From NCBI RefSeq assembly GCF_006345805.1, contig NC_042999.1, positions 118,172,001 to 118,236,000 on the forward strand: DNA of 64,000 nt, given 5' to 3'. This document shows, one piece after another, positions 38,425 to 50,613 of the stretch. Below the pieces are notes generated by a model. It did not search any database and was not told the origin of the DNA. It was given only the letters and a program-made list of their open reading frames with translations. Positions within the stretch are counted from its first letter, which is position 1; each line of letters opens with the position of its first letter. The position numbers were made by a program, and so were the translations under genes. This DNA comes from Octopus sinensis (Eukaryota).

Positions 38425-38967
38425 AAATGCCCTGATGCTGTACCAGGCAGTGGCTCTCATGGCTTCTGATCTTAACTCATGTACATTGTTTTGTCTTGGT
38501 ATAAAAGATGGGCCACAGCAAATATTCTGCTCAATACCACAGATTTGCTTGTCAGTTGTTTGACCTTAACCAGTTGAGCATGTCCCTTAGTGGCTGACGA
38601 TATGTGCATCTCTGATCACGAGCAGAAGTAGTGGGGGGGCATCATAGCCATGTGTTGAGAGGGATTCTTTGGGGTTTGAATAATTCACATCTGGAAACAT
38701 GGGTGGTTCTTTCAACATCCTTAGACAACCCTTATTCAGGGACCTTTTGAGTGGGATGGGCTACTCAACCTGAAGAAAATTCTAACTGGGCCCCACCTGC
38801 AAGGTCATGTGCTGTTTATCTTGATATGAGATCACCATGTCGCGCACATATGGTTGTGATGCATGTGCCTGGTGTACTCTTATCAGACGGGTAGTCATGA
38901 TGGGTATATTGGGCTTCGTATATTTTACCCCAGTGTCACTTTGATGGCATGAACTGCTCTCTCACTC
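38425..38967 (+). mobile_element. Element X, copy 3 (apparently complete)
   Basis: Starts aatgccctgatgctgtaccaggcagtggctc and ends ctgctctctcactc followed by (AAT)n. Confidence 0.82.
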
Positions 38968-38990
38968 AATAGTAATAATAATAATAATTA

Positions 38991-39208
38991 TAAACCTTTG
39001 TACTATAGGTGCAAGGCCTGAAATTTGTGGGGAGAGGACCAGTCAATTATATCAATCCCAGTGTTCCACAGGTACTTAATTTACTGTCCCTGAAAGGATG
39101 AAAAGCAAATTTGAACTTGGTGGAATTTGAACTCAGAATGTAAAAACAGACAAAATGCCGTTAAGCATTTTGGCCAGTGTGCTAACAATTCTACCAGCTC
39201 GCCACCTT
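38991..39208 (-). mobile_element. SINE family B
   Basis: Same organisation as 38091-38287. Confidence 0.75.
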
Positions 39209-39220
39209 AATAACAATAAT

Positions 39221-39300
39221 AACAAGAGCACTCAGAGAGCACAAACCTCCACCAATGCAACACCAATGTCCTCCCAATGATTAACTGGAGACGATTTTTA
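39221..39300 (-). mobile_element. 3' end of a Helentron-type non-autonomous element (HINE/DINE-like)
   Basis: Minus strand: subterminal repeat gcattggtggaggt, hairpin gtgctc-tct-gagtgc, then ttgtt. Confidence 0.6.
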
Positions 39301-39714
39301 AAATGAGAGCATCTGAAATAAAATCCTTCAATGAATATCATGAGACCTTTTGGTTTTCCCTTCTCTTAAATTCCGGTCTTCTTTCAGATGGATGTATAGC
39401 ATTATGTATATATGTCAGTATACTGTTAAGTGTTAAAATGTATGTATAATCCCCTAATATAATAATGGGTGCTGCCTTTTTATATATTTGTATATGTATA
39501 TATTTGTATATATTTACTTCTAATATATGGATAAAATTTTCTTAAAAATTTTTATCAGCTGCCAACATATGAAAAATACCTTTTAAGGTGAAAATTATAA
39601 ATACAATTATAAATAAGGGTAAAAAGAAACTGTTGTGGTTAGATGATTTAGCATCTATTTTTCAGCATATTGGCAAAGAAACTTTTTCCTCCTTATTTAT
39701 GATTATATTTGTAT

Positions 39715-39870
39715 ATAGAGAGAATTCAAAAAACAAAAGAAAAAATGATGAAGACAGGTGGTGTAGACAACAAACAGATATATTTGCTTGGGAAGTGAAA
39801 ATGTCTTTAACGTTTCGAGCCTACGCTCTTCCACAGAAAGGAACACAGAGAGAAACATGGGGAGAAAATA
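39715..39870 (-). mobile_element. PLE pseudo-LTR fragment, inverted relative to the adjacent ORF, with a hammerhead-like motif at 39804-39841
   Basis: Minus strand reads cctttCTGTGGA-A-gagc(gtag)gctc-GAAA-cg-TT-aaaga. Related to but different from 42020-42208. Confidence 0.75.
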
Positions 39871-39873
39871 TAT

Positions 39874-41721
39874 TTGTATCAACTCAATGGCACCTCCTTC
39901 TATTCCCCTCTGCCCTCTAACCCCACACGTAGCTACCAACAGACGGTATCCTCTACTGTCCGCGACCTCATCTCGTCCTCCCGTCTCCCCCGCACCGCAT
40001 CCAACCTAATTGTGCGAACCCCACGTACCCCCACCATTTACTTCCTCCCCAAAATCCACAAACCCAACAACCCTGGCCGCCCCATCGTCTCCGCCTGTAA
40101 CTGCCCCACGGAGCTCATCTCTAAATACCTCGACCGTGTCCTTGCCCCCCTAGTGGCATCTCTTCCCTCCCACATCCACGATACCAACCATGCTCTCCGG
40201 CTTTTCAACTCTTTCTCCTTTCCTCCCGGCTCCTCCAAAATCCTTTTTACTATGGACATCCAAAGCCTCTATACTGTTATCCCTCACCACGAAGGACTGC
40301 AGGCCCTTCGACACTTTCTTGACCTCCGCTCTAACCCTGTACCTGACACCTCCACACTCATTCGTCTGGCCGAACTTGTCCTTACTCTGAACTGCTTCTC
40401 GTTCGCGGGCGAGTTCTACCATCAGGTCTCGGGAGTGGCCATGGGAACGCGAATGGGCCCCAACTATGCGAACCTGTTCGTTGGCTATGTTGAGGCCCAA
40501 ATATTCTCTAATTTCACTGGTCCCACTCCTGAACTATATGGTCGTTACATTGACGACATTATCGGTGCCACCTCACTCTCCCGTGAACATCTAGATTCCT
40601 TCCTCTCTTTCGTCCAATCTTTCCATCCAGCCCTCCACTTCACTTCCACTATCTCCAACACCTCTGTCTCCTTCCTCGACATTTCGGTTAGCATTCTTCA
40701 CTCCACTCTTACCACCTCCATTCACTACAAACACACAGACTCACACTCATACCTCAACTTCTATTCCTCCCACCCAGAACACACCAAGCTTTCCATCCCC
40801 TATTCCCAATTCCTCCGTCTACGTAGGCTCTGTAGTGACGACCATGACTTTGAGACTCAGTCTCAACGTATGGCTCACCACTTCACCCTACGTGGATACC
40901 CCCTCACCACTATCCACACCGCCCTTGCCAGAGCACGGTCCGTGGACCGTGTATCTGCTCTCTCTCCCCGAACCCGCCCTGTAGTCTCCCGCCTCCCTTT
41001 TCCCCTCACTTACCACCCCACGACCCTACGTCTCCAACGCACCATTCTTCGAGCTTTCCGTCATCTCCAGTCCGACCCGTCCACTTCACACCTCTTCCCT
41101 AACCGACCCCTCCCCTCTTTCAAACGAGCCCACAACCTTCGAGACCTTTTGGTCCATAGCTCCTTCCCTGACCCTACCTCCCAACCCGGCTCGTTCCCCT
41201 GCTCCCACTCACGTTGCCGCACTTGCCCTTACCTCTCCAACAACACCCGCCTCACTAGCACCCACCATCGACCCTATCCCATCATCCACTCCTTCACCTG
41301 CACCTCCAGCAATATTATCTATTGCGTCTCTTGCTCTCTCTGCAATTCCTTGTACATCGGACAAACGGGACGCCGCTTGGCTGACCGGTTCGCGGAACAC
41401 CTTCGTGACATCCACCATGCGAACGACACACCGGTCTCACGTCATTTCCGCTCCACCGGTCACTCCTTGCAACACCTATCTGTGTTCGGTTTGTCCTTAC
41501 ACAGAGGCCATCCGGATTCCCGTTTGCGCCGTGAACAGGAATTAATCTTCTCTCTTCGCTCTTATACGCCATTTGGTCTCAACTCTCCCCCCCTCCCCTC
41601 CTCTCTCCCCCTCCCCTCCTCTCCCCCCCCTCCTCTCCTCTTCCCCCTCTTCTTCCCCTCCCCTTCTCCCCCCTCTTCTCTTCACTACACCACACGACTT
41701 TACACATCACATCATATATGA
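39874..41721 (+). CDS. PLE reverse transcriptase plus GIY-YIG endonuclease (uninterrupted, N-terminally truncated)
   Basis: YFLPKIHK, PGRPIVS, TMDIQSLYT, GVAMGTRMGPNYANLF, RYIDD, FLD, CRTC and IIYCVSCSLCNSLYIGQTGRRLADRFAEH. Starts at TTG at the truncation junction. Confidence 0.93.
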   Translation: MYQLNGTSFYSPLPSNPTRSYQQTVSSTVRDLISSSRLPRTASNLIVRTPRTPTIYFLPKIHKPNNPGRPIVSACNCPTELISKYLDRVLAPLVASLPSHIHDTNHALRLFNSFSFPPGSSKILFTMDIQSLYTVIPHHEGLQALRHFLDLRSNPVPDTSTLIRLAELVLTLNCFSFAGEFYHQVSGVAMGTRMGPNYANLFVGYVEAQIFSNFTGPTPELYGRYIDDIIGATSLSREHLDSFLSFVQSFHPALHFTSTISNTSVSFLDISVSILHSTLTTSIHYKHTDSHSYLNFYSSHPEHTKLSIPYSQFLRLRRLCSDDHDFETQSQRMAHHFTLRGYPLTTIHTALARARSVDRVSALSPRTRPVVSRLPFPLTYHPTTLRLQRTILRAFRHLQSDPSTSHLFPNRPLPSFKRAHNLRDLLVHSSFPDPTSQPGSFPCSHSRCRTCPYLSNNTRLTSTHHRPYPIIHSFTCTSSNIIYCVSCSLCNSLYIGQTGRRLADRFAEHLRDIHHANDTPVSRHFRSTGHSLQHLSVFGLSLHRGHPDSRLRREQELIFSLRSYTPFGLNSPPLPSSLPLPSSPPPPLLFPLFFPSPSPPSSLHYTTRLYTSHHI

Positions 41722-42071
41722 TGTGCCATACTAATACATACTAATACATACACCAACCCTATACATACACACGTCCAGACCCCTCATACGCACTTATACT
41801 CTCTCATACACACACACACATATACATACTAATACGTACTAATACATACTAATACATACTAATACATACACCAACCCCTACATACGCGTGTCCAGACCTA
41901 TCCTAGGGTCATTCAACTCTATTATCAACCCTATTATCTCCCCTTATTTCGCTCTCGCGTCTCATGTTTGATCTTTGACCTCTGGCCGAAATCAGATCGC
42001 CATGTTGATTCGTTAGTTACTGCACGCATTTTTTTCTCTCCTTCTTTCTGTGTTTTTTTTCTCTCTGTGTA

Positions 42072-42109
42072 TCTTTCTGTTTAAGAGCGTAGGCTCGAAA
42101 CGTTAAAGA
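42072..42109 (+). ncRNA. Minimal hammerhead-like motif with degenerate core (CUGUUUA)
   Basis: tcttt-CTGTTTA-A-gagc(gtag)gctc-GAAA-cg-TT-aaaga. Confidence 0.45.
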
Positions 42110-42206
42110 CTTGTTTTATTTATATTTCCTGAGCGCCATACTAATACAATTGTTTGTTTGTTTTCCACCTGCCTTCGTCTTTTGTCTATTTTCATAAAGC
42201 TTCCCG

Positions 42207-42253
<47 letters not shown>

Positions 42254-42726
42254 ATATAAAATAGACCCAGAGTGAGAGGTGAAGGTAGAGGAGATAAATG
42301 ACAAAGAGAGCATCGTATGACTGAGAAAGGAAGGGGTGATAGATAAATAATGAAGGAAGGAGTGAAAAAGCCAATAAACAACATTTGAAGTGTGAAAATA
42401 TGTGTATATAAAAGTGAGGTATGTTTGTGTGTGTGTACAATGGAAATGGGATGGTAATGTTCAATGCTGAAAATGTGTGTGTGTGTGTGTGTGTACAAGA
42501 GAACTATGTGAAACTTTACATATACATATAAAGAAAATATAAAAAACTAGCAGAGGCACTTGGCACTGGCCAGGAATTAAATTTTTCCTTAGATATTGGA
42601 AGAAAAAAGCAATCTATGCTGTATAGAAATTTGTTATTGTTCAATTGGGATACAATTTATTCTTTAACTGGGAAATCAATTCTGAATTCATAACACAAAA
42701 GAATAATAATAAATATAATATCAATG

Positions 42727-42782
<56 letters not shown>

Positions 42783-42944
42783 TGCAAAATTTACCACTTT
42801 TATGAAAGGAGATAAATTCTACCACATATGTTGAAGGAAATTATGTAAGAGCTTCTGGGTAAACAATATTCTTTGTTTTCTGGTTTGGAGCATAGACAAA
42901 TAAGTCTTGCAAATTACCTACCCTGGAGCAACCAACCAAGTTGA

Positions 42945-44060
42945 CTATGAGAAATACAAGCCAGTACATTTCAAGAATTGACCTTGATCTTTATGAATAG
43001 ACATTGCGAAATGAGGTTGCCCTGGGAATTGCGTTCGTTTGAACCAAAAGGGCATGTCTGTTGATTTGATTGTAATTCTTGGAACAGAGGCACATCCAGT
43101 GATGATGGCAGCTTCTGTCATATTGGTTGACAATGTCTTCACAATCAACCTTGTCCAATCGCATAATTTTGGAGGATCTAAATTTCTTAGAAGCATTATT
43201 GGGAATCCTACCTTCAGAAAAGTTTATGTGGTGGAATTCCAGGTGGCTCCAGAGAATTAATGAACTCTGTTGGGTAATGGACAGCTTGATTTTCATCAAG
43301 GACTGAATCAACTGATTTGTACTACTTCATGACAGTTGGAATCTTATTCATTAATTCATGGTTAATTCTTGCTACTGTGTCATTTTTTTAGAGTATGAAT
43401 TGCCCCTTCACACAACCATTTACGTGAAGTATGATTATTACTTAAGTCTGAGGAATTCTCCATGATAGCAATATGAGGCAAACTGATATGACCAGTCCCA
43501 TCAAATGGTACTTTCCTATTTTGTAACTGGAGGAGCCAGGTTGAAAAATGTTTTGCTCATTGGTTCCCATGTAATAAAGCTTGCCCGTTAGCATTGAAGT
43601 TAGAATTTCAGTACTTTATTCCATAGATGTGAAGATTTAATGCATGCTTTTATCTCATCAGACCTTGTTTGTCTCAGAATGACTGGTAATGTCTGTCTGA
43701 AGTCTCCTGATGAAACTAATGTAACTCCTCCCATTAATATATTGTTGCCTCTGATGTCCTGTAAGGTCTTACCAAGAGCTTCCATCGCACCTCTATGTGA
43801 CATGGTGCATTCATACCAAATGATAATGTGGTATTGGCACAACACTGAACCTGAACCTTTGCCTATGTTACAAATTAGACTGTCACTTGTGACCAGGTTT
43901 AGTGGAAATTTCAAAGCAGAATGAGCTGTTCGTCCTCCTAGGAGAATGGTGGCAGCAAAGGCAGACAATGGTACAGCAACTGCATTTTTTTTTGTGTCCT
44001 ACTTTGGAGAGAAGCAATGTCACAAATATTTTACCTGTGTCACTAGGAGCATCAAGAAAG
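42945..44060 (-). pseudogene. PIF1-like helicase fragments of a Helitron RepHel protein
   Basis: FLDAPSDTGK (Walker A), LLGGRTAHS, GDFRQTLPV, CIKSSHLW and MLLRNLDPPKLC, with frameshifts. Confidence 0.88.
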
Positions 44061-45210
44061 GAAACTGCTCTGCCTTTTTCTGACGATTGTGGAACGCTGC
44101 AGGCACACACACACAGGTACATATACATACAGTATCAAACATCAGATGAAATGGACGTGTGTGTGAGAGAGAGTGAGTGGAGGTGTATGTTGTCATATAT
44201 ACGTACATACATAAATAAATAGGCATACATCGTTCTTGTATGAATGTGTGCGTGAGAGAGAGAGTGCCACTTAGACATCACTCTCTCTCTCTCTCTCTCT
44301 CTCTGTCACACACATACATACATACATATAAAAAAGATGTATGCATATGTATTTATGTATGTACGAATAAATGACAACACAACCCTTCACTCACTCACAC
44401 ACCACACATAAATGTATACAAACGTAAATACAAAAACAAGTGTGTGCATGTGATTCAGGAATATGCATAGAGCTGAACACGGCGTGAAAAAGAAAATAAA
44501 TGTTTTAAATCTTTGCGTAAATTAACGTTGTGTACGAGTTCCAGCAAAATAATGCCCATATTTTTTGGGCGTCCCGTGTTGAATTGCAAAATTTAAACCC
44601 GATATTTGTATAATAAAGAAATCAAACCTGGAGTATGTTGGGAGTGTGTGTGTGTGTATGTGAGAGAGAGAGAATTTTACAAACAATGAATGAGATGGAC
44701 ATGGAATGAAAAAATTCGTATAAATAGAAACACGTTGAAAACTATCTTGTACTAAATATTTAAATTTGTGAACTTAGTAAATAATTCAGTAATTTATCGT
44801 AGGTGTTTACAAATAGCGAATTAAAACTTGAGATGAAAATATTAAAAATTAAACAGGGACAGACTTGGCCAGTTTTATGTCAATACCGGAAGTAGACATT
44901 GAGAAACTTTTTTGAAAGTAGTGAATGTAATATAATAATATTCCAAGGTATATTTGTAGAAAATTTCATTTAAAAAATATCCATTTTCTTGAAAGTGAAG
45001 ACGAATTGAAGTAGACTCCGGGGAATTTTCAGAAATTCCCCCACCCCTCCTTCGAAATGGACATGATACAACGCATATTCGTAAGAAATTTTATTTAAAA
45101 ATATCCATTTTTTTGAAAGTTATGATCATAGAAATTTGGTGGAGGCGGGGACAGAAATCTTTAGATATGCCAAGAAATTTGATATTTTCTTTCTACACAT
45201 GGTTATATCA

Positions 45211-45602
45211 TCTTTATATATAAAAGTGAGGTTGTGTGCTGTCTGTCTCCTACGATTTAGATTCCTAACTACTCCCACATTTTGCGGTGCAGTTTAACCA
45301 AAACCGGGTATCTTATAGTCGTGATTCATATCGAGCCCTTCTGGGTATTAGGGCGCGTCTACGATGAGTCTACGATTAAAAAAAAAAATTACCATTAATT
45401 TTTCCCATTTTAATGCATTTTTGGCATATATAAGGGAAGTAACTCTCTAAAAGTTTATTATTAAATCTCAGAACGTAAAAAGCTACAGTAACATCCACCC
45501 CCTTTGTGGTTAACCATATTGAGTTGGCTATTATACTTTACATCTCTAAAAATGCTTATATAGTTATTTCCCTTACAAACCCGAGCAACACGATACTGCT
45601 AG
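45211..45602 (+). mobile_element. Non-autonomous Helitron nested in the larger Helitron
   Basis: A|TCTTTATATATAAAAG start and CTAG|T end. Its 3' end is shared with 55323-55709, with half the hairpin deleted. Confidence 0.8.
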
Positions 45603-46330
45603 TCATGTATACAGAAATGCACGAGTGCAGAAAATAGTAAACAATGAAAATAACTTGTTAACGGAAATTATGTTTCTTAATACGACGGGCAGAAAGTAAA
45701 TAAATTTTAATGAAAAATAAAGTATTGTACGGGTTGAAGCGAAATTTATCACTCAGTGCAGCAAAGAGCCAGTATCGAAGGAACCGGAAAGAAACAGTCA
45801 ACAACAGAAAAATACGAAACCGTACGGATTGAAGTGAAATTAATGAAGATACTTCTGTCAGTAAATTATGAAATTACTTACTTCAGTAACAGTGAACTTC
45901 TTTCTGCCAGTAATTTGTCGTTTGTTTGTAAATAGCGATTCAAAATTTTGACTTAAAGTGAAAAACAATAACATGAAAGTAAAACAATGGCGTATGAAAA
46001 TTGAAAGTGAAAAGAATAGCGTCTGAAAAATGAAAGTGAAAACAAGAGCTATAGATAGAGAGATAGTGATAGATAAAGAGAGATATATTACGTCACTGAC
46101 GGTAGAAAACCGTAAGTAAATATATTTAAAAATCGTTGAAAGATGTGAATGTAATATGAAAAGAAATTTTTTTTATTTTTTAAATATTTTAATAAAAAAA
46201 ATCAAATGAAGACCCTATTATATGTCGGAGCTCAAATTATTCATGCACCAGAAGTATGGGAGTAATTAGTGAAGCCGTTTTCACATTAAAAGTGAATATG
46301 CACACATCTCTATTTTATATAATAGAAGAT

Positions 46331-46527
46331 AATCCAGTATCCTTGTCTGGTACCGGATCGATCCCAAAATCTAATGAGACTGTGCTAGTCACAAGGCCAA
46401 ACATCCCTGAAAGTTTCATCTGAATGCACCCAATGGTTTTTGAGATATCCTGTCCATGGACAAACAAACAAACAAAGAAACACAAATGAAAACAATACCT
46501 CTGCCTTCGCATAGGTGGAGGTAATAA
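46331..46527 (-). mobile_element. 5' end of a Helentron-type non-autonomous element
   Basis: Minus strand ttattacctccacctatgcgaaggcagaggta hairpin, (TTTG)n microsatellite and gatgaaactttcaggg, typical of HINE/DINE-like cores. Confidence 0.65.
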
Positions 46528-48614
46528 CAATAATAACATTAAAAGGAACTTCACATTATGAAACTATAGGAAGTGGTATAGAAAGTATATCAAAGAGAAG
46601 AAAATGCAAAGTGAAAAGCATAATAACAAGCAATAAAATATTTAGAAAGTAATAACAGCATGATCAAATCTAATAATGGCTACACCACATCCTATGTTGC
46701 AATAACCATTTCAAATAACACCTACAATTCAACAACAATTAAATTCTCTTCTCAAACACTTTTTCAAAGTATATATTGCCAGAAAACATTCAAAGAAGTC
46801 TAAACACAAAAATGCAATATATAACATATCTTCCAGTATCTTAACTATTCCTTTTCATCAGACAAAAGAAAGTATTGATAATTTATATAAAAAAAAACCC
46901 CGAAGCCTTAGGGCCCACTGGAAGCATAACTACATAACTATCCACACAAATATCACTTAAGGCTTGAAATAAATATTGTTCAAACCAATGTCTTTAACAT
47001 TATCAAATCCTCAGAATAAAGAACTGGAGCAGAATAACCATTCTAAATCCTTAACAACTGAAACTGGAATGAAATTACACAGATCCACATGATTCCTATG
47101 ACTACACTAATAATTCTGAAATAAATACACATTTGTTTCATCAACAGTTCTTCCATTGAATTTGAATTCAGACCCTTACACTCAAACACTTGACTACTAC
47201 AATATTTTTAAACTTCAGAGAAAGAATGAATGGTAGTTTAACAAAAGTGGAGAAAAAATATAATAAAAAAGTAAAAGAATAAACAGGCACTTTTCTAACT
47301 CTCGTTAAGAAGACTTTCTTCCTCATGGCCTATTCCTAAACAAGATATTAGATGCCTTCCTAATAAACAAAGTAAGTGCAATGGTTGGTAAGATATCTCT
47401 CAGCTCACCAGAACATACATAAAGTACAGTGTAATGTCTAAAATCAGTAATTGCTTAAATGGTATGAAGCAATAAATTTTTCTTCTTCTCAAATGATATA
47501 TTTTCATACAGCTCCTACACTGGAACTTTTGTCCCATATAAATGAACTAAAAGTAGTCCTTAATAAAATCAGTGGGAACCTATTTAGAGTCAATTTACTA
47601 CCTAGAAACAGAAATAACTGGCAAATAATCTGTTTTCACATTCTAATGTCTTAGGAAAAAGAACTTGGATAATTTGGTCTTGGTTCATAGTAAGAGAATG
47701 GAATGGATCATAACTAGAATGCTTTTGATCATAATTCTACTCAGTCACATCTGGCCTGGATTTTAACAACACCAGCAATAGTAGCTATATCTCTTCTTAC
47801 CACTAGCATTAAATATAATGAGAAACAACCAAACATCACACTTAAGAACATAAACTTCATGCACACATTAAAGACAAGACGACTGATTATTATCTGCAAC
47901 TTCACAAAACCAAAGCAAACACAGAGGGGTGTAAAAATAATGCATAAGGATACATAAACAATCAGTAATAAGCAATGAAAAGAATCCTATTTAACCAGCT
48001 CAAGAGTACGAAATGTATATTAGATCCATCCCAAAATATATCAGAACCCATATGAACTTCTAGTCTCGCTACAATAAACTACAAAGAACACGTAATAGCA
48101 CACTTACTATCAGAGGCTTCACATAGGTTACTTACAAGATCAAACTGAAAAACTCAGTACAAAGGACCACTAGAGTATTAAAGGGATGTAGCTTCCTTCT
48201 TCAGCAAATTATGTAATTACTATTTTGAAATATTAAACCTAATGATAAGTGCAGAGAGGGAAAATCAATTTCCTCATTATAGTCAAAATTATCTTACCAT
48301 ATGTGACTTATAGGAATCAAAAATGACAATGAAGAAAATCTGATATACCCAGAATATGATGCTCAACTCTATACAATAAACCTCAGTATTGCTGGTGGGA
48401 ACTCTGTTATTATTAACCAGATAGAAATATTGTGTGTGGTGTATATATGTATATATGTAGGCATATATATATATAAATATACACACATACACATACATAT
48501 ATATGTGTGTGTATGTAATTATGTATGTATATATATATATATATATAAGCATTTGTTGCATAATGAGATAAAAAGCCAAGGCTGTGTAGATATTAGAACA
48601 TTTATAGATAGAAG

Positions 48615-48666
48615 GTCTTACAGCTGTTTCCAGGATATTTATTAATTATATCCTTTCATTGGAGAC
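48615..48666 (-). ncRNA. Hammerhead-like motif with mutated core (CCAAUGA)
   Basis: Minus strand reads gtct-CCAATGA-aaggatat(aattaataa)atatcctg-GAAA-c agct g-TA-agac. Confidence 0.6.
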
Positions 48667-49124
48667 GGTGTGAGAGGATGGTTAATTCATAGTTAGTTTA
48701 GATATGATACAAAATAGAGAGTGAGATGGAGGAAAGAAAATAGATGCAAGATATGTAGGGATATTGAAGTTATAGATCCATTTTTAGGTAGAATGGTATA
48801 TATGTAGGATTCCAGTACCTTATGAGTAAAGTCCAACAGAGTTTAAAATGGGTCCTTCCAAATATTGAGTGTATACACAATGTAAGTTTCCAATAGCTTA
48901 TGAATGAGATCCAGCAGTTTTTAAACTTGGTTATTTCAAGTACAGAATTTATATATATACACACACTCATAGATATATTTGTGTGTGTGGGTATATGTAT
49001 GTACATATGCATATAAGTATGTTTACATGCATATATACATGTATGTCTGGAATATTGGATCTCCATATGTAATCAGGGATAGCCAAAGTCATTCAGCAAC
49101 ATGAAAAGCATTATCATGTAGTAG

Positions 49125-49220
49125 TAGCAGCAGCAGCAGCAGTAGAAGTAGTAGTAGTAGTAGTAGTAATAGTAGTAGTAGTAGTAGTAGTAGTAATAGT
49201 AGTAGTAGTAGTAGTAGCAA
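49125..49220. repeat. (AGC)/(AGT)n array
   Basis: Directly visible. Confidence 0.95.
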
Positions 49221-50161
49221 AACATTCTGCTGTAAAAATGTTTTTTCAAAATATTCAAATGTCCAAATTTGTAAATGCCATACCACCCATTACTAATTTG
49301 AAAAACAGATGTAAAACTGCATAACTTGTTCACCATCATCACCATGCGTATCCCATTGATCACATTAAAAAAAAATCATTACTATATCTATTTGCATTAA
49401 TGTCACAATCATTATGAAGCACTCCCTCCTTCCTATCATCAGCATCATCATCATTGATGTGGAATGAAATTCTTTCTTTCCTTTTTTTTTAAATAATCTC
49501 TTTTGTTTAATGAAATCATTATGTTTCAATACTTGCTGTTTATAAATTATTCAAAAGCACCATTAATTAATAATTTGCTTGAAAATTCAGCAAATTTTAA
49601 TTCTATTGTTCTCTAATTAATGGTCATATTTACAGAAACTAGTCAATAAGTCTACAGTCACAACACTGCTGGTGTTCTTGTTCGTGTTCAAAACTGCACA
49701 GTTTCTTCTGTTACAGTAGCCAACTACCAAGCACGCTAGCTATTCAACTAAAGCTGACGCACACGAAGAAATACTCCTTACATTTGACATGTAGTTAGAA
49801 CCTGAGACATGCTAAGCATGAATTGAGACAGCAAAAGTTTATTAAGCATATTGAATAATATATTTCTACAGATATCTTCTTGGGAAATGTAATACAAATT
49901 GTATGGTGTATTCATTGCAGGAATAATTATTTATAAGGGTACACATGATAGTTTTATTTAAAGAAATTCTAGGATGGATGAGATATATGGAATAAAACTT
50001 TAGAACGTTTGGTCCACAGGGAAGATCAGATACAAAAGGAACATGAATACAGAAATATTCTGCTGATGATAGTTTAATATTGTTTAAACCAAAGGATAAA
50101 GAAATTAACATAGTCCACACATAGCATATGCATAAACAAATCTTCAGGCTTAAATACATAA

Positions 50162-50164
<3 letters not shown>

Positions 50165-50200
<36 letters not shown>

Positions 50201-50212
50201 CACATATATATG

Positions 50213-50305
<93 letters not shown>

Positions 50306-50486
50306 ATATATATATATATGCAGATGGCACAGGCATAATTGTGTGGTTTGCAATCTTGTTGTTTTAGGTTCAGTACCAGAGCACTGCGGAAGATTCTGTT
50401 ACTATAGCCTTGGGTTGACCAATGCTCTCCGAGTGAATTTGGTGAATGGAAATTGGAAAGAAGTTATTGTAAATATACACACGTAC

Positions 50487-50517
<31 letters not shown>

Positions 50518-50556
50518 CACATATATATGCACACACACATATATATATATATATAT

Positions 50557-50613
<57 letters not shown>

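Larger units (their letters stand above)
39872..42208 (+). mobile_element. Penelope-like element (Neptune-like), 5'-truncated, with 3' pseudo-LTR
   Basis: RT+GIY-YIG ORF, a 3' UTR with atactaatac repeats, and a pLTR ending ttcccgtt at (TA)n. Confidence 0.92.
42547..46329 (-). mobile_element. Helitron, internally deleted and decayed
   Basis: Minus strand 5' end A|TCTTCTATTATATAAAA at 46329 and 3' end cctggccagtgccaagtg...ctgCTAG|T at 42547. Helicase fragments lie between them in the same orientation. Confidence 0.7.

Noticed and set aside
40038-41572. Minus-strand ORFs within the Penelope element
   Set aside because: Antisense shadows of the C-rich RT-EN frame.
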